Below, piece by piece: positions 22,237-33,782 of a stretch of DNA of 64,000 bases. The stretch covers positions 390,327 to 454,326 of the forward strand of contig NIVC01000486.1 in NCBI GenBank assembly GCA_002269645.1. Direction: 5' to 3'. The DNA is from Macrostomum lignano. Lineage: Eukaryota. Position 1 is the stretch's first letter; every line of letters begins with the position of its first letter. Both the position numbers and the translations under genes were made by a program. Under the pieces are notes generated by a model. The model was not told the DNA's origin and made no database searches. It saw only the letters and a list, made by a program, of their open reading frames with translations.

Positions 22237-24866
22237 ACATTATATAATTATTTTAAATACCATTCTTAAAACTATTTTTACTACTTTAGCTGAAAACAAT
22301 AATTACTACTACATGTAGTAGCATATACAAAAAATTACACATTATTAATAGTAAAAATTTACATACTTCCTCATATTTCAATGTAAAATGCCAGTAAAAG
22401 TGTATTATTATCAATTTTTATAAGAATATATGTATACTAAAAGAACACAAGTAACAAGAGAATGGTAGGTATTTGTATAATATTTATATTTTTTGATAGT
22501 ACAGTTTTTTCCAGACAATATTATTTTGGGGCAATCCAGCTGAGTCAAGCCTAGAGGCTATGTATATGTTTATATTAATATATATATAAACACTGAAGCA
22601 TCTATGGTTTTGCTCACTAAGCTTAACTAAAAATTCAAGGCTTGTTCTTTTGTACAACATATACAGTACTCAAGGAATTAGGACTATTTAGCAGTTCTAT
22701 CAAGATCAGACAACAATAGACTAGATTATAGACATTTATCAACTTTAATTCCAAAATGAAAGAGCTTTTAAAGATTTTTAACCTATCCTAGCAAATAATA
22801 CACACCAAACAAGATAGGAAATTGAAAAGGAAATATCTAGGCTGGGAAAAATTATAGAAAAGATATATAACTTGATTAGTTTAGATTAGATTAGTTTGTT
22901 TCTATTTATATCTATGTCTACAACTAACCTAAGACTTATTACATATTTTTTCTCAAAAGACAAAAAGAAGTAATTTTATAGAAAATTTTATAAAGAATTT
23001 CTTAGGCCTATTAGTTCTTGGTATTTTCCAGTGTTAGGCACCCTTAATTAAAATCTTAACTTCCATTAATGGCAAAAAGTAGCATTAAAACAAAAATCTT
23101 AATTTTAAAAATCTAAACTCTAAAAATCTTAACTCTAATTTCATTAAGTTAATTGAAAGTTAACTGATTAATCTGTTAATGTTAAAATTTTAATAATCAA
23201 CATAGAAAATATAGAAATCATACACTTTTTTCAAAACAGACTTCCATAATGCATTGTCTTTGCTTTTTTACCTTTATAGCAAAACACAGGTCATCTAAGG
23301 GATCTACAAGCAAAAAAGTAATAAATAATAATTTAAAAAGCTTTTATATATAATACTACTAAAATTAAGCATATGGTAAAATAAGTAACTCATTTATTTG
23401 AAACTTGAAAGCTAATTAGATATTAATAAAATACAACTAGGAAGGTTGTTTCAGTAGCATTAGCAGGCATAGCAGAAAGTTACAAAAGATTGGGAAAGAA
23501 GTGAATCAAAATGATCCATGCTTATGTGCAAGCAATAAAGTTCATAATTTGAATTCATTATTAAAGTTCATTAATGCAAATTTGTTGCATTAATCTTTAA
23601 TTGCATTAATTAAACAAAAAAATCTTGATGATAGTCAATTAACATTAATGAAAAATCTTAATGCTTATAAATGCTTATTAATAGATTAACATTTATTAAT
23701 GGACTGGTGCCCAACACTGGTATTTTCAGACATTTAAAAAATCTTTAAAAGCATGCGATGGCAGTCAATATGTTGTATTTAATATCTTGACAAGATTTGA
23801 GACAATATATAAAACTATGATAGACTTCTAAAAGATGTCAAATAATTTTAATCTATCAAAAACTTATACAAAATTTAATTTAACTAAGTATGACTAGTAG
23901 TGCAAGCTAGGCTTACTGTCTAGCCTACACAAAAGCTATTTTTCATCTTTTATTTATATTTTTTGATATTAAGCTCATTTATTTAAGGCTAAATTAGATA
24001 GAAAACTTTTCCCAAAATGGATATAACTAGAGATTAAAAATGAAGTTTAGAAAAATCACAAACTGTTAAACACAAAACACCCCTGGATAGGTTAAATTAT
24101 AGTGATCTATGTGCTAAAAAATCATAGGTCTAAATGTTAAAAAGAATATAAAATCATATCAATGAATGAATTAGGTTTATTAATCAGCACAAAAACTTTT
24201 GATGCAACGAAAACTAACAATGTACTTGTAAATCACAAAAAAGTGCTAGTGGTCAAATATTCAGCATTGTGATATGTGGGAATGATGATAACATGCAAAT
24301 ATGCTTTATTCCATGCAATGCAAGGACTTTATATTTAAAGGGCCTGAAATCTTCACTGGTTCTACAGTGAATAAAATATCTAATAATTTATTTTGAAGAG
24401 CCCCTAGCGATTTCTTTATTGCTGCAGTATAATGATACTGACAAGTGACAACTACAGCTAGGCGACTTAATTCAAATCAGTTGTCAAAGTGGCGCAGCCT
24501 GGCGGGAGCGCAAAAGTAGTAGTAGTAAGTTGGCTCAGGCAAGAAGCCTGTTTGGCCAGTATATTTCTGTGTATTTAAGTTATTTTAGCATTAGTTGTTT
24601 AATTACGATTAAGTTCAAAAGGTTAAATTTGTTCAAAAGGTTAAATTTTTACACGAGTTACGATGCGAGTTACGATATTTGTAAAATTATTAAGGTATTT
24701 GAAAGAGCGTTTTTTGTAAAAAGATGTAGTATTTTGCAAGTGCGCAATATTTCAAAGCGTGAAAAACGAACGAAAAATGAACAAAAACGAACTTCGAAAG
24801 AACTTTAACGTTAAACGAATAGCGACGATTTAAATAGCGATGGCAATTCGAGCATGCGATGGCAAT

Positions 24867-25170
24867 GGGTCTCCCTAAAACACGCACCGCCCCGCCCCGA
24901 ACCGCTACACATTATAACATTTTTTGTCAACGCAGTATTTGATTGCAAAGAAAACTATTTGTTGTACAAGTAATGGAATAAATATCTTTAAACAATATTA
25001 TAAATATCACTTATTATTCACCGAATTTTATATTTCATAGTAAAAAACTTAATTTAATAAAAACTTTGAAGCTTAACAGAAAACGCATTTTGAAGTGTCT
25101 TCAGTTATAGTCCAATTTGTTTTAATGTGTAGCGCTGCAGGGCGGTGCGGGGCGTGTTTTAGGGAGACCC
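24867..25170. mobile_element. MITE (304 bp) with about 48-bp imperfect TIRs and an 8-bp TSD
   Basis: GGGTCTCCCTAAAACACG...CGCTACACATTA and its inverted copy. TSD ATGGCAAT at 24859-24866 and 25171-25178. Confidence 0.85.
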
Positions 25171-27611
25171 ATGGCAATTCGAAAATCGTTTGATGATGTG
25201 GGTTAAAACAAAAGCGTTGAAAAATAGACCTATTAAGACTGATAAAGTAGCTTCTGTAATAATTTTTTCTCACTTTTAAGCAATCTCGCAACTGTTGGTT
25301 AAGAATATAATTTCGCGAAAACTGTTGCAGATTTTTTGCCAATTTTCGCGAGCATGCAGTGGTAAGGGAATCAGTCAAACTATGAGAATAGTTTCACTGA
25401 GTTTTCACTGAGTTCCTCTGAATAGTTTCACATAGTTTCTCCTAGTTTCTCAAACTATGAGAAACTATGAGATTTTTAGTTTGACGGTGCACATGTACAA
25501 ATTTACGTAAGTATTGTACAAATACAAATTTACAAATTATACAAATTTACGTAGTAGTAGTACATGTACTACTACTACGTCTCAAAAAATTTTCCTGTGT
25601 ATATAGCTACTTAGGAGAGCAAAACATTATTTTTTAGACTTGAAGGGCCAGAAAAATCACATAGAAGGGAAATATAAGGCTAAATAAAGGTGTTTAAGTG
25701 CTTTCTCACGTACGAGAACAGCCGCGATAACTGCCTGCATGGCTAAAAAATCATTAAATACTATCAGTTCATCTGACTGCATGCAGCTTTGAACTATAGT
25801 TTATATCTGATTTTAAGGACCTATAAGTTTTCGAGCTGGCATGGGAACCGCTAAGCTATATGACTGTACTAAATCGAACAAAAATTGGCAGTTCTTTTAA
25901 TTGCAGGGCCGGCCATGAACATGTGATCGAACGCTTAGAATAGAATAGAACATTCACAGAATGGGAGTATTTGTCTATGTTGCGGATTATAAGGTCGTTT
26001 GAATTAAGTCTTACTCACCAGAGGAATTTTTCGAGATTGAGCAAATTCGATTTTTTCATACGGCCTATCACATTGTACATGTATAGTCGCTAAAGTGCGC
26101 ATATTATAAGCTTCTTATATACGAGTTATATGATTCCCAGGATTCGAAAATTCGGCTCTAAGTTACTCAACGATACTCCCTTGTTACTCACTGATTCACT
26201 AAGTTACTCAATGATCTCCAAAGTTACTCAATGATTCCCAGATTTACTCAGTATCTCAAGAACTGCCTTAGATGTACTGTAGACGTGTGGTTTTTGTAGG
26301 CACCTGCTGCCCAGGGGCCCGTGCTATAGAATACTCTTAACTCCTAAATCCTTAAGAGAGTCCTAACTCCTAGCTCCTAGCTGGCTTTTCTGTGCTATAG
26401 AATCAAGAGTAAATTTTAAGAGCTAGGAGGCTCCTTAAGGACGTTAGGAGACTCCTGGGTGAATTTAGGAGAACTCATTTTAAAGGTCCGTGGCATGCTA
26501 TAGAATTAGGAGAGGAAGTCTAGGAGCTAGGAGTTGGCTTTTAGGAGTGATTCTAGGAGCGTGTGTCCTATAGAATGAGAAAATTTCGCTCCTAACTCTT
26601 GACTCCTAAGCCAGAGTTCAAGGGCCAATTTTCACTCTTAGACAAGCTAGGATTATAATGTTTTCGGACATCGAATCGGATTCTGATGAGGAAGGAGTCA
26701 ATGATAGACGCCGTCGACAATTTAAGACAAGAATTACTTTTTTTGAAGAAGATCCAGCCGAGAGTGCTATGCATTTTAGACTTAACGAGATCCAGCTTTC
26801 AAGCCTAACAGATAGAATTCGACACAGAATCGAACATCTTTGTACCAAACTTTTCACGGCATTCCAATATCACGTCTTGCCACATAGCAATCTTCGCATT
26901 CTTAGTTATGGTTGTACTAAACGCACCAAAGAGAACCTCTTTGCATGCAGCGACGGCTCTCACAAAAGATATTTTTTAGAAATTTGCATTTCCTATATAC
27001 TAAAAATGAAAATCTTGCTTGCTTGCTTGCTTGTAATCGATTAGAGAAAAAATGGCTTAACCGATTTTCATGAGACTTGCACTGTTCGATCAGAAATTTT
27101 CCCGTGACTGTACATGCATCGTGGCTAAGAAATTTCTCGATGCTAAAGGCATTAAATATTCGAAAAACATGCTTTTTTGCAAAGGTCAAGCAAACTTTTC
27201 GACTTGAAATGCATTGTAAGAATGCTAGAGAAAAAACTGACTGGTTGAATTCTGATTCTGAAATAGATTGCATCATAACTGAATTGTAACTCCGACTTGA
27301 ATTGCGTCACAGTATTGAAAATGCAGTGTGGAAGCGTAGCACCAGACTTGATTTAGATTGCGTAACCATATTGTCAACTTTAATTGAGACTGATACTGAC
27401 TTGCCTGGGAAATTGATTATGTCATAACTGCTTCGTGAGTGAGTGTTAAATTTTATATAAGTGCTACAATATTTCATTAATAAATTCGATAAGAGCTTGC
27501 CTAGATGTGAACAGACTGGACTGCCAATGCAGCGACCTGGGTTCGAATCTTAGTAGAGAAATGTTTTTTTTATTGAAAGCTTTTATTAAAGGACTAATTA
27601 AAGGACTAAAG

Positions 27612-30170
27612 GCGTCATGTAAAAACCATAGAAGCGTCATGTAAACAATCGTAGAAGCGTCATGTAAAAAATCGTAGAAGCGTCATGTAAAGAATCGTAG
27701 AAGCGTCATGTAAAAAATCGTAGAAGCGTCATGCAAAGAATCGTAGAAGCGTCATGAAAAATCATAGAAGCGTCATGTAAACAATCGTAGAAGCGTCATT
27801 TAAACAATCATAGAAGCGTCATGTAAACAATCATAGAAGCGTCATGTAAACAATCATAGAAGCGTCATGTAAACAATCATAGAAGCGTCATGAAAAATCA
27901 CAGAAGCGTCATGTAAAAGTCATAGAAGCGTCATGTAAACAATCATAGAAGCGTCATGTAAACAATCATAGAAGCATCATGTAAACAATCATAGAAGCGT
28001 CATGAAAAATCATAGAAGCGTCATGTAAACAATCATAGAAGCGTCATGTAAACAATCATAGAAGCGTCATACAAAAAATCATAGAAGCGTCATGTAAAAA
28101 TCATAGAAGCGTCATGTAAAAATCATAGAAGCGTCATGTAAAAAATCATAGAAGCGTCATGTAAAAAAATCATAGAAGCGTCATGTAAAAAATCATAGAA
28201 GCGTCATATAAAAAATCATAGAAGCGTCATGTAAAAATCATAGATGCGTCATGTAAAAATCATAGAAGCGTCATGTAAAAATCATAGAAGTGTCACGTAA
28301 AAAATCATAGAAGCGTCATGTAAAAGTCATAGAAGCGTCATGTAAACAATCATAGAAGCGTCATGTAAACAATCGTAGAAGCGTCATTTAAACAATCATA
28401 GAAGCGTCATGTAAACAATCATAGAAGCGTCATGTAAACAATCGTAGAAGCGTCATGTAAACAATCGTAGAAGCGTCATGTAAACAATCGTAGAAGCGTC
28501 CTACAAAAAATCATAGAAGCGTCATGTAAACAATCATAGAAGCGTCATGAAAAATCACAGAAGCGTCATGTAAAAGTCATAGAAGCGTCATGTAAACAGT
28601 CATAGAAGCGTCATGTAAACAATCATAGAAGCGTCATACAAAAAATCATAGAAGCGTCATGTAAACAATCATAGAAGCGTCATGAAAAATCATAGAAGCG
28701 TCATGTAAACAATCATAGAAGCGTAATGTAAACAATCATAGAAGCGTCATACAAAAAATCATAGAAGCGTCATGTAAAAATCATAGAAGCGTCATGTAAA
28801 AATCATAGAAGCGTCATGTAAAAAAATCATAGAAGCGTCATGTAAACAATCATAAAAGCGTCATGTAAACAATCATAGAAGCGTCATGTAAACAATCATA
28901 AAAGCGTCATGTAAGAAATCGTAGAAGCGTCATTAAAAATCATAGAAGCGTCATGTAAACAATCATAAAAGCGTCATGTAAACAATCATACAAGCGTCAT
29001 GTAAAAAAATCAGAGAAGCGTCATGTAAACAATCATAAAAGCGTCATTTAAAAATCATAGAAGCGTCATGTAAAAATCATAGAAGCGTCATGTAAAAAAT
29101 TATAGAAGCGTCATGTAAACAATCATAGAAGCGTTATGTAAACAATCATAGAAGCGTCATGTAAACAATCATAGAAGTGTCATGTGAAAAATCGTAGAAG
29201 CGTCATTTTAAAATCATGGAAGCGTCATTTAAAAAATCATAGAAGCGTCATGTAAACAATCATAGAAGCGTCATGTAAACAATCATAGAAGCGTCATGAA
29301 AAATCACAGAAGCGTCATGTAAAAGTCATAGAAGCGTCATGTAAACAATCATAGAAGCGTCATGTAAACAATCATAGAAGCATCATGTAAACAATCATAG
29401 AAGCGTCATGAAAAATCATAGAAGCGTCATGTAAACAATCATAGAAGCGTCATGTAAACAATCATAGAAGCGTCATACAAAAAATCATAGAAGCGTCATG
29501 TAAAAATCATAGAAGCGTCATGTAAAAATCATAGAAGCGTCATGTAAAAAATCATAGAAGCGTCATGTAAAAAAATCATAGAAGCGTCATGTAAAAAATT
29601 ATAGAAGCGTCATGTAAACAATCATAGAAGCGTTATGTAAACAATCATAGAAGCGTCATGTAAACAATCATAGAAGTGTCATGTGAAAAATCGTAGAAGC
29701 GTCATTTTAAAATCATGGAAGCGTCATTTAAAAAATCATAGAAGCGTCATGTAAAAAATCATAGAAGCGTCATGTAAAAAATCATAGGAGCGTCATGTAA
29801 ACAATCATAGAAGCGTTATGTAAACAATCATAAAAGCGTCATGTAAACAATCATAGAAGCGTCATGTAAAAAATCATAGAAGCGTCATGTAAACAATCAT
29901 AAAAGCGTCATGTAAACAATCATACAAGCGTCATTTAAAAAATCGTAGAAGCGTCATATAAAAATCATAGAAGCGTCATGTAAAAATCATAGAAGCGTCA
30001 TGTAAAAAATTATAGAAGCGTCATGTAAAAATCATAGAAGCGTCATGTAAAAATCATAGAAGCGTCATGTAAACAATCATAGAAGCGTCATGTAAACAAT
30101 CATAGAAGCGTCATATAAAAATCATAGAAGCGTCAAGAAAAAATCATTGAAGCCTCATTTAAAATCTAAT
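27612..30170. repeat. 21-24-bp satellite (GTAAACAATCATAGAAGCGTCAT) inside Helitron copy 1
   Basis: Roughly 110 units; only about 6 units at the matching place in copy 2 (32018-32145). Confidence 0.97.
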
Positions 30171-31066
30171 GAAAGTGTCATTTAAAAAATTAAGAAGCAT
30201 CATGGTAGAATAAAAGAAGCGTCATGTCAGACATGAAGGGTGTCATGTAAAAATTAAATGCAGCTATAATGCTGTGCTGGGGAGAAAAACTGAGACGTAA
30301 AGGCTCTCAGAGAATAACTGACATTACGGGGGGGGGTTCTGAGATGTCAAAGCAAAAGTCAGAAGCTACTTCAAAGTTCATGTACTTTACTCAATTTTTT
30401 TATTGCATTCTTTGTTGGCTCGCCACGGGGGGGGTCGCTGATAGAAGAAGAGTCATGTAAAAAATAAAAGTAGCACTATGTATACATAAAGGAAAAGTCA
30501 TGTCGAAGTTAAAAGATTCATTTGGGAATTGCTACGATGTCAAAGCTTGGTGGAAATCGTTATAGTGCTGTGATTCTTAAAGAAGGAATCACTAAAATTT
30601 CAAGGCTTAGGGGAGAAGAATTGCTGAGATTTCAAGGCTTTAGGTTGGGTTAAAGTTAGGTTTAGGTCAGGTGTGGGTTGAGGGTTATATTTTATCGGGT
30701 TTCAAGGTTAACAGAATAACAGAAGATTTTTTAGATTTCAAGGTTTATGGGGGCCATCGCTGACATGTTAAGGCTTACGGGGGGAATAGCTGAGATGTCA
30801 AGGCTCACGGGGGTATAAATGAGATTTCAAGGCTAAAGCCAGAAGCTACATGTAGTTTATTGAAAACTTTTTATTACATTATTTGATGCCTCCTCAGGGG
30901 AGGGATCGCTGATAAAAAAAGCGTAATGTAAAAAATAAAAGAAGCTTCATGTCGAAGTTAAGAGATTCATTTGGGAATCCCTACGATGTCGAGGCTTGCA
31001 GGGAATCGCTATAATGCTGTAATAGTGCTATAATGACTCTTAGAGAGAATTACTGAAATTTCAATG

Positions 31067-31176
31067 TTAGGTTAGGGTTAGGGTTAGGGTTAGGGCTAGG
31101 GTTAGGGTTAGGGTTAGGGTTAGGGTTAGGGTTAGGGCTAGGGTTAGGGTTAGGGTTAGGCTAGGGTTAGGGTTAG
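31067..31176 (+). repeat. Interstitial telomeric repeat (TTAGGG)n, Helitron copy 1
   Basis: About 18 units with occasional CTAGGG variants. Confidence 0.95.
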
Positions 31177-32994
31177 AAGGTTGACAGTTTTTAGATTTCC
31201 AAGGCTTTTTGGGGGCATTGCTGTGATGTCAAGGGGGGAAGTTGATAAGTTAAAGCTTGTGGGGGGTAAATTACTGACATGTCAAGGCTTACAAGGTTTG
31301 ACAGGAGATTTTTTAAGATTTCAAGGATACATGTAGCTTATTAAAAAAACGTGTATTGCATTTCTTTGGCTCCCCAACGGGGGGCGTAGATTGCTAGTCC
31401 TATATACTAAAAATGAAAATCTTGCTTGCTTGCTTGTAATCGATTACAGAAAAAATGGCTTAACCGATTTTCATAAGACTTGCACTGTTCGATCAGAAAT
31501 TTTCCCGTGACTGTACATGCATCGTGGCTAAGAAATTGCTCGATGCTAAAGGCATTAAATATTCGAAAAACATGCTTTTTTGCAAAGGTCAAGACAACTT
31601 TTCGACTTGAAATGCATTGTAAGAATGCTAGAGAAAAAACTGACTGGTTGAATTCTGATTCTGAAATAGATTGCATCATAACTGAATTGTAACTCCGACT
31701 TGAATTGAAAATGCAGTGTGGAAGCGTAGCACCAGACTTGATTTAAATTGCGTAACCATATTGTTAACTGATACTGACTGACTGAGAAACTGATTATGTC
31801 ATAACTGCTTTGTGTGATTTACTCTATGCTTGGATTTTAAAGTGTTGAATTATATAAGTGCAAAATTTGATGTTATCAAAACGATGAGAGCTAGCCTAGA
31901 GGTGTACAAACTGAACTGCTAAATGCAGTTTGGTTCGAATTGGTTCGAATTTTCATAAAGTATAATTTTTTTAATTAAAGCTTTTCAACGTCAGGAAAAC
32001 TAAAAGACTTTTTAAAAAGAAGCGTCATGTAAACAATCATAGAAGCGTCATGTAAAAAATCATAGAAATGCCATGTAAAAAATCATAGAAGCGTCATGTA
32101 AAAAATCATAGAAGCGTCATGTAAAAAATCATAGAAGCGTCATGTCAGACATGAAGGGTGTCATGTAAAAAATTAAATGCAGCTATAATGCTGTGCTGGG
32201 AAGAAAAACTGAGACGTAAAGGCTCTCAGAGAATAACTGAGATTACGGGGGGGGGGGTTTCTGAGATGTCAAAGCAAAAGTCAGAAGCTACTTCAAAGTT
32301 CATGTACTTTACTCAATTTTTTTATTACATTTGTTGGCTCGCCACCGGGGGCGCTGATAGAAGAAGAGTCATGTAAAAAATAAAAGTAGCACTATGTATA
32401 CATAAAAGAAAAGTCATGTCGAAGTTAAAAGATTCATTTGGGAATTGCTACGATGTCAAAGCTTGGTGGAAATCGTTATAATGCTGTGATTCTTAAAGAA
32501 GGAATCACTAAAATGTCAAGGCTTAGGGGAGAAGAATTGCTGAGATTTCAAGGCTTTAGGTTGGGTTAAAGTTAGGTTTAGGTCAGGTTTGGGTTGAGGG
32601 TTATATTTTATCGGGTTTCAAGGTTAACAGAATAACGGGATTTTTTAGATTTCAAGGTTTATGGGGGCCATCGCTGACATGTCAAGGCTTACGGGGGGAA
32701 TAGCTGAGATGTCAAGGCTCACGGGGGTATAAATGAGATTTCAAGGCTAAAGTCAGAAGCTACATGTAGTTTATTGAAAACTTTTTATTACATTATTTGA
32801 TGCCTCCTCAGGGGAGGGATCGCTGATAAAAAAGCGTAATGTAAAAAATAAAAGAAGCTTCATGTCGAAGTTAAGAGATTCATTTGGGAATCCCTACGAT
32901 GTCAAGGCTTGCAGGGAATCGCTATAATGCTGTAGTAGTGCTATAATGACTCTTAGAGAGAATTACTGAAATTTCAATGCTTTATTTCAATGCT

Positions 32995-33054
32995 TTAGGG
33001 TTAGGTTAGGGTAGGGTTAGGGTAGGGTTAGGGTTAGGCTAGGGTTAGGGTTAG
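32995..33054 (+). repeat. Interstitial telomeric repeat (TTAGGG)n, Helitron copy 2
   Basis: About 10 units, some degenerate, at the position homologous to copy 1. Confidence 0.92.
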
Positions 33055-33782
33055 AAAGTTGACAGATATTTTTAGATTTCCAAGGCTTATTGGGGGCATT
33101 GCTGAGATGTCAAGGGGGGAAGTTGATATGTTAAAGCTTGTGGGGGGGGAATTACTTACATGTCAAGGCTTACAAGGTTTGACAGGAGATTTTTTAAGAT
33201 TTCAAGGATACATGTAGCTTATTAAAAAACGTGTATTGCATTTCTTTGGCTCCCCAACGGGGGGCGTAGATTGCTAGTTGACTCCTGAGATTCAATCCTT
33301 AAGGACCGTAAAGTTAGGATTGTGATATAGCACACAATTCTCTATCATCCTTAAACGATGGCGCAACACTCCTTGAACACACCCCCACTCCTAGGCTGCA
33401 CTCCTTGCGAGAACTCCTAGCTCCTAGCTCCTAACTCCTGAAATCTATAGCACACAAAATTCAATCACTCCTTGTCAAGAGTACTCTTGAGTCCTAGCTC
33501 CTAACTCCTAACTCCTGATTCTATAGCACGGGCCCCAGTGCTTGCATAATAAGTGATTTTAGTCCTGGTGTGCATTTCCGATGTACATCCAATATTCTTG
33601 GCTTTCTGTTTTTAATGTACGCAGTCTCAACTGCAGGGTCGCTGCTAAATATATAAATCGATCGCACAGAGCCTACAGTGGATTGAGGCTTTATTCGGCT
33701 ACACACAACACATAGCTTTCTCTCTCTCGGCTTCGCTCTCTACAGTGGCGTCGCAAGCCGCCTACCGCGTGGTAAACAAATC

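Larger units (their letters stand above)
26991..33277 (+). mobile_element. Head-to-tail dimer of a non-autonomous Helitron (copy 1 26991-31397, copy 2 31398-33277)
   Basis: Both copies begin TCCTATATACTAAAAATG and end CCCC-AAC-GGGG hairpin...GATTGCTAG. Junction CTAG|TC at 31397/31398. Inserted at a T|T site with no TSD. Confidence 0.8.
26315..33535. mobile_element. PIF/Harbinger deletion derivative (7.2 kb with cargo) inserted in the Gypsy 5' LTR
   Basis: 18-bp TIR GGGCCCGTGCTATAGAAT; 3-bp TSD CAG, with the empty site visible in the 3' LTR; repeated subterminal GCTATAGAAT motifs. Transposase N-terminal remnant 26658-26840 (+, RRRRQF..R..F...FRLNE..L). Myb/SANT-like remnant about 26840-26990 (-, RAVAACKEVLFGAFSTTITKNAKIAMWQDV). 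Confidence 0.88.

Noticed and set aside
27495-27560. tRNA-like sequence (CTGCCAA loop, GGTTCGAATC B-box)
   Set aside because: No acceptor stem or clear A-box, degenerate in the second Helitron copy; at best a tRNA/SINE relic.
27612-30170. CRISPR-like array (also considered for the other tandem arrays)
   Set aside because: No unique spacers, no cas genes, eukaryotic context.
31067-31176. True chromosome end or telomere fusion
   Set aside because: Short, single orientation, embedded at homologous positions in two TE copies.
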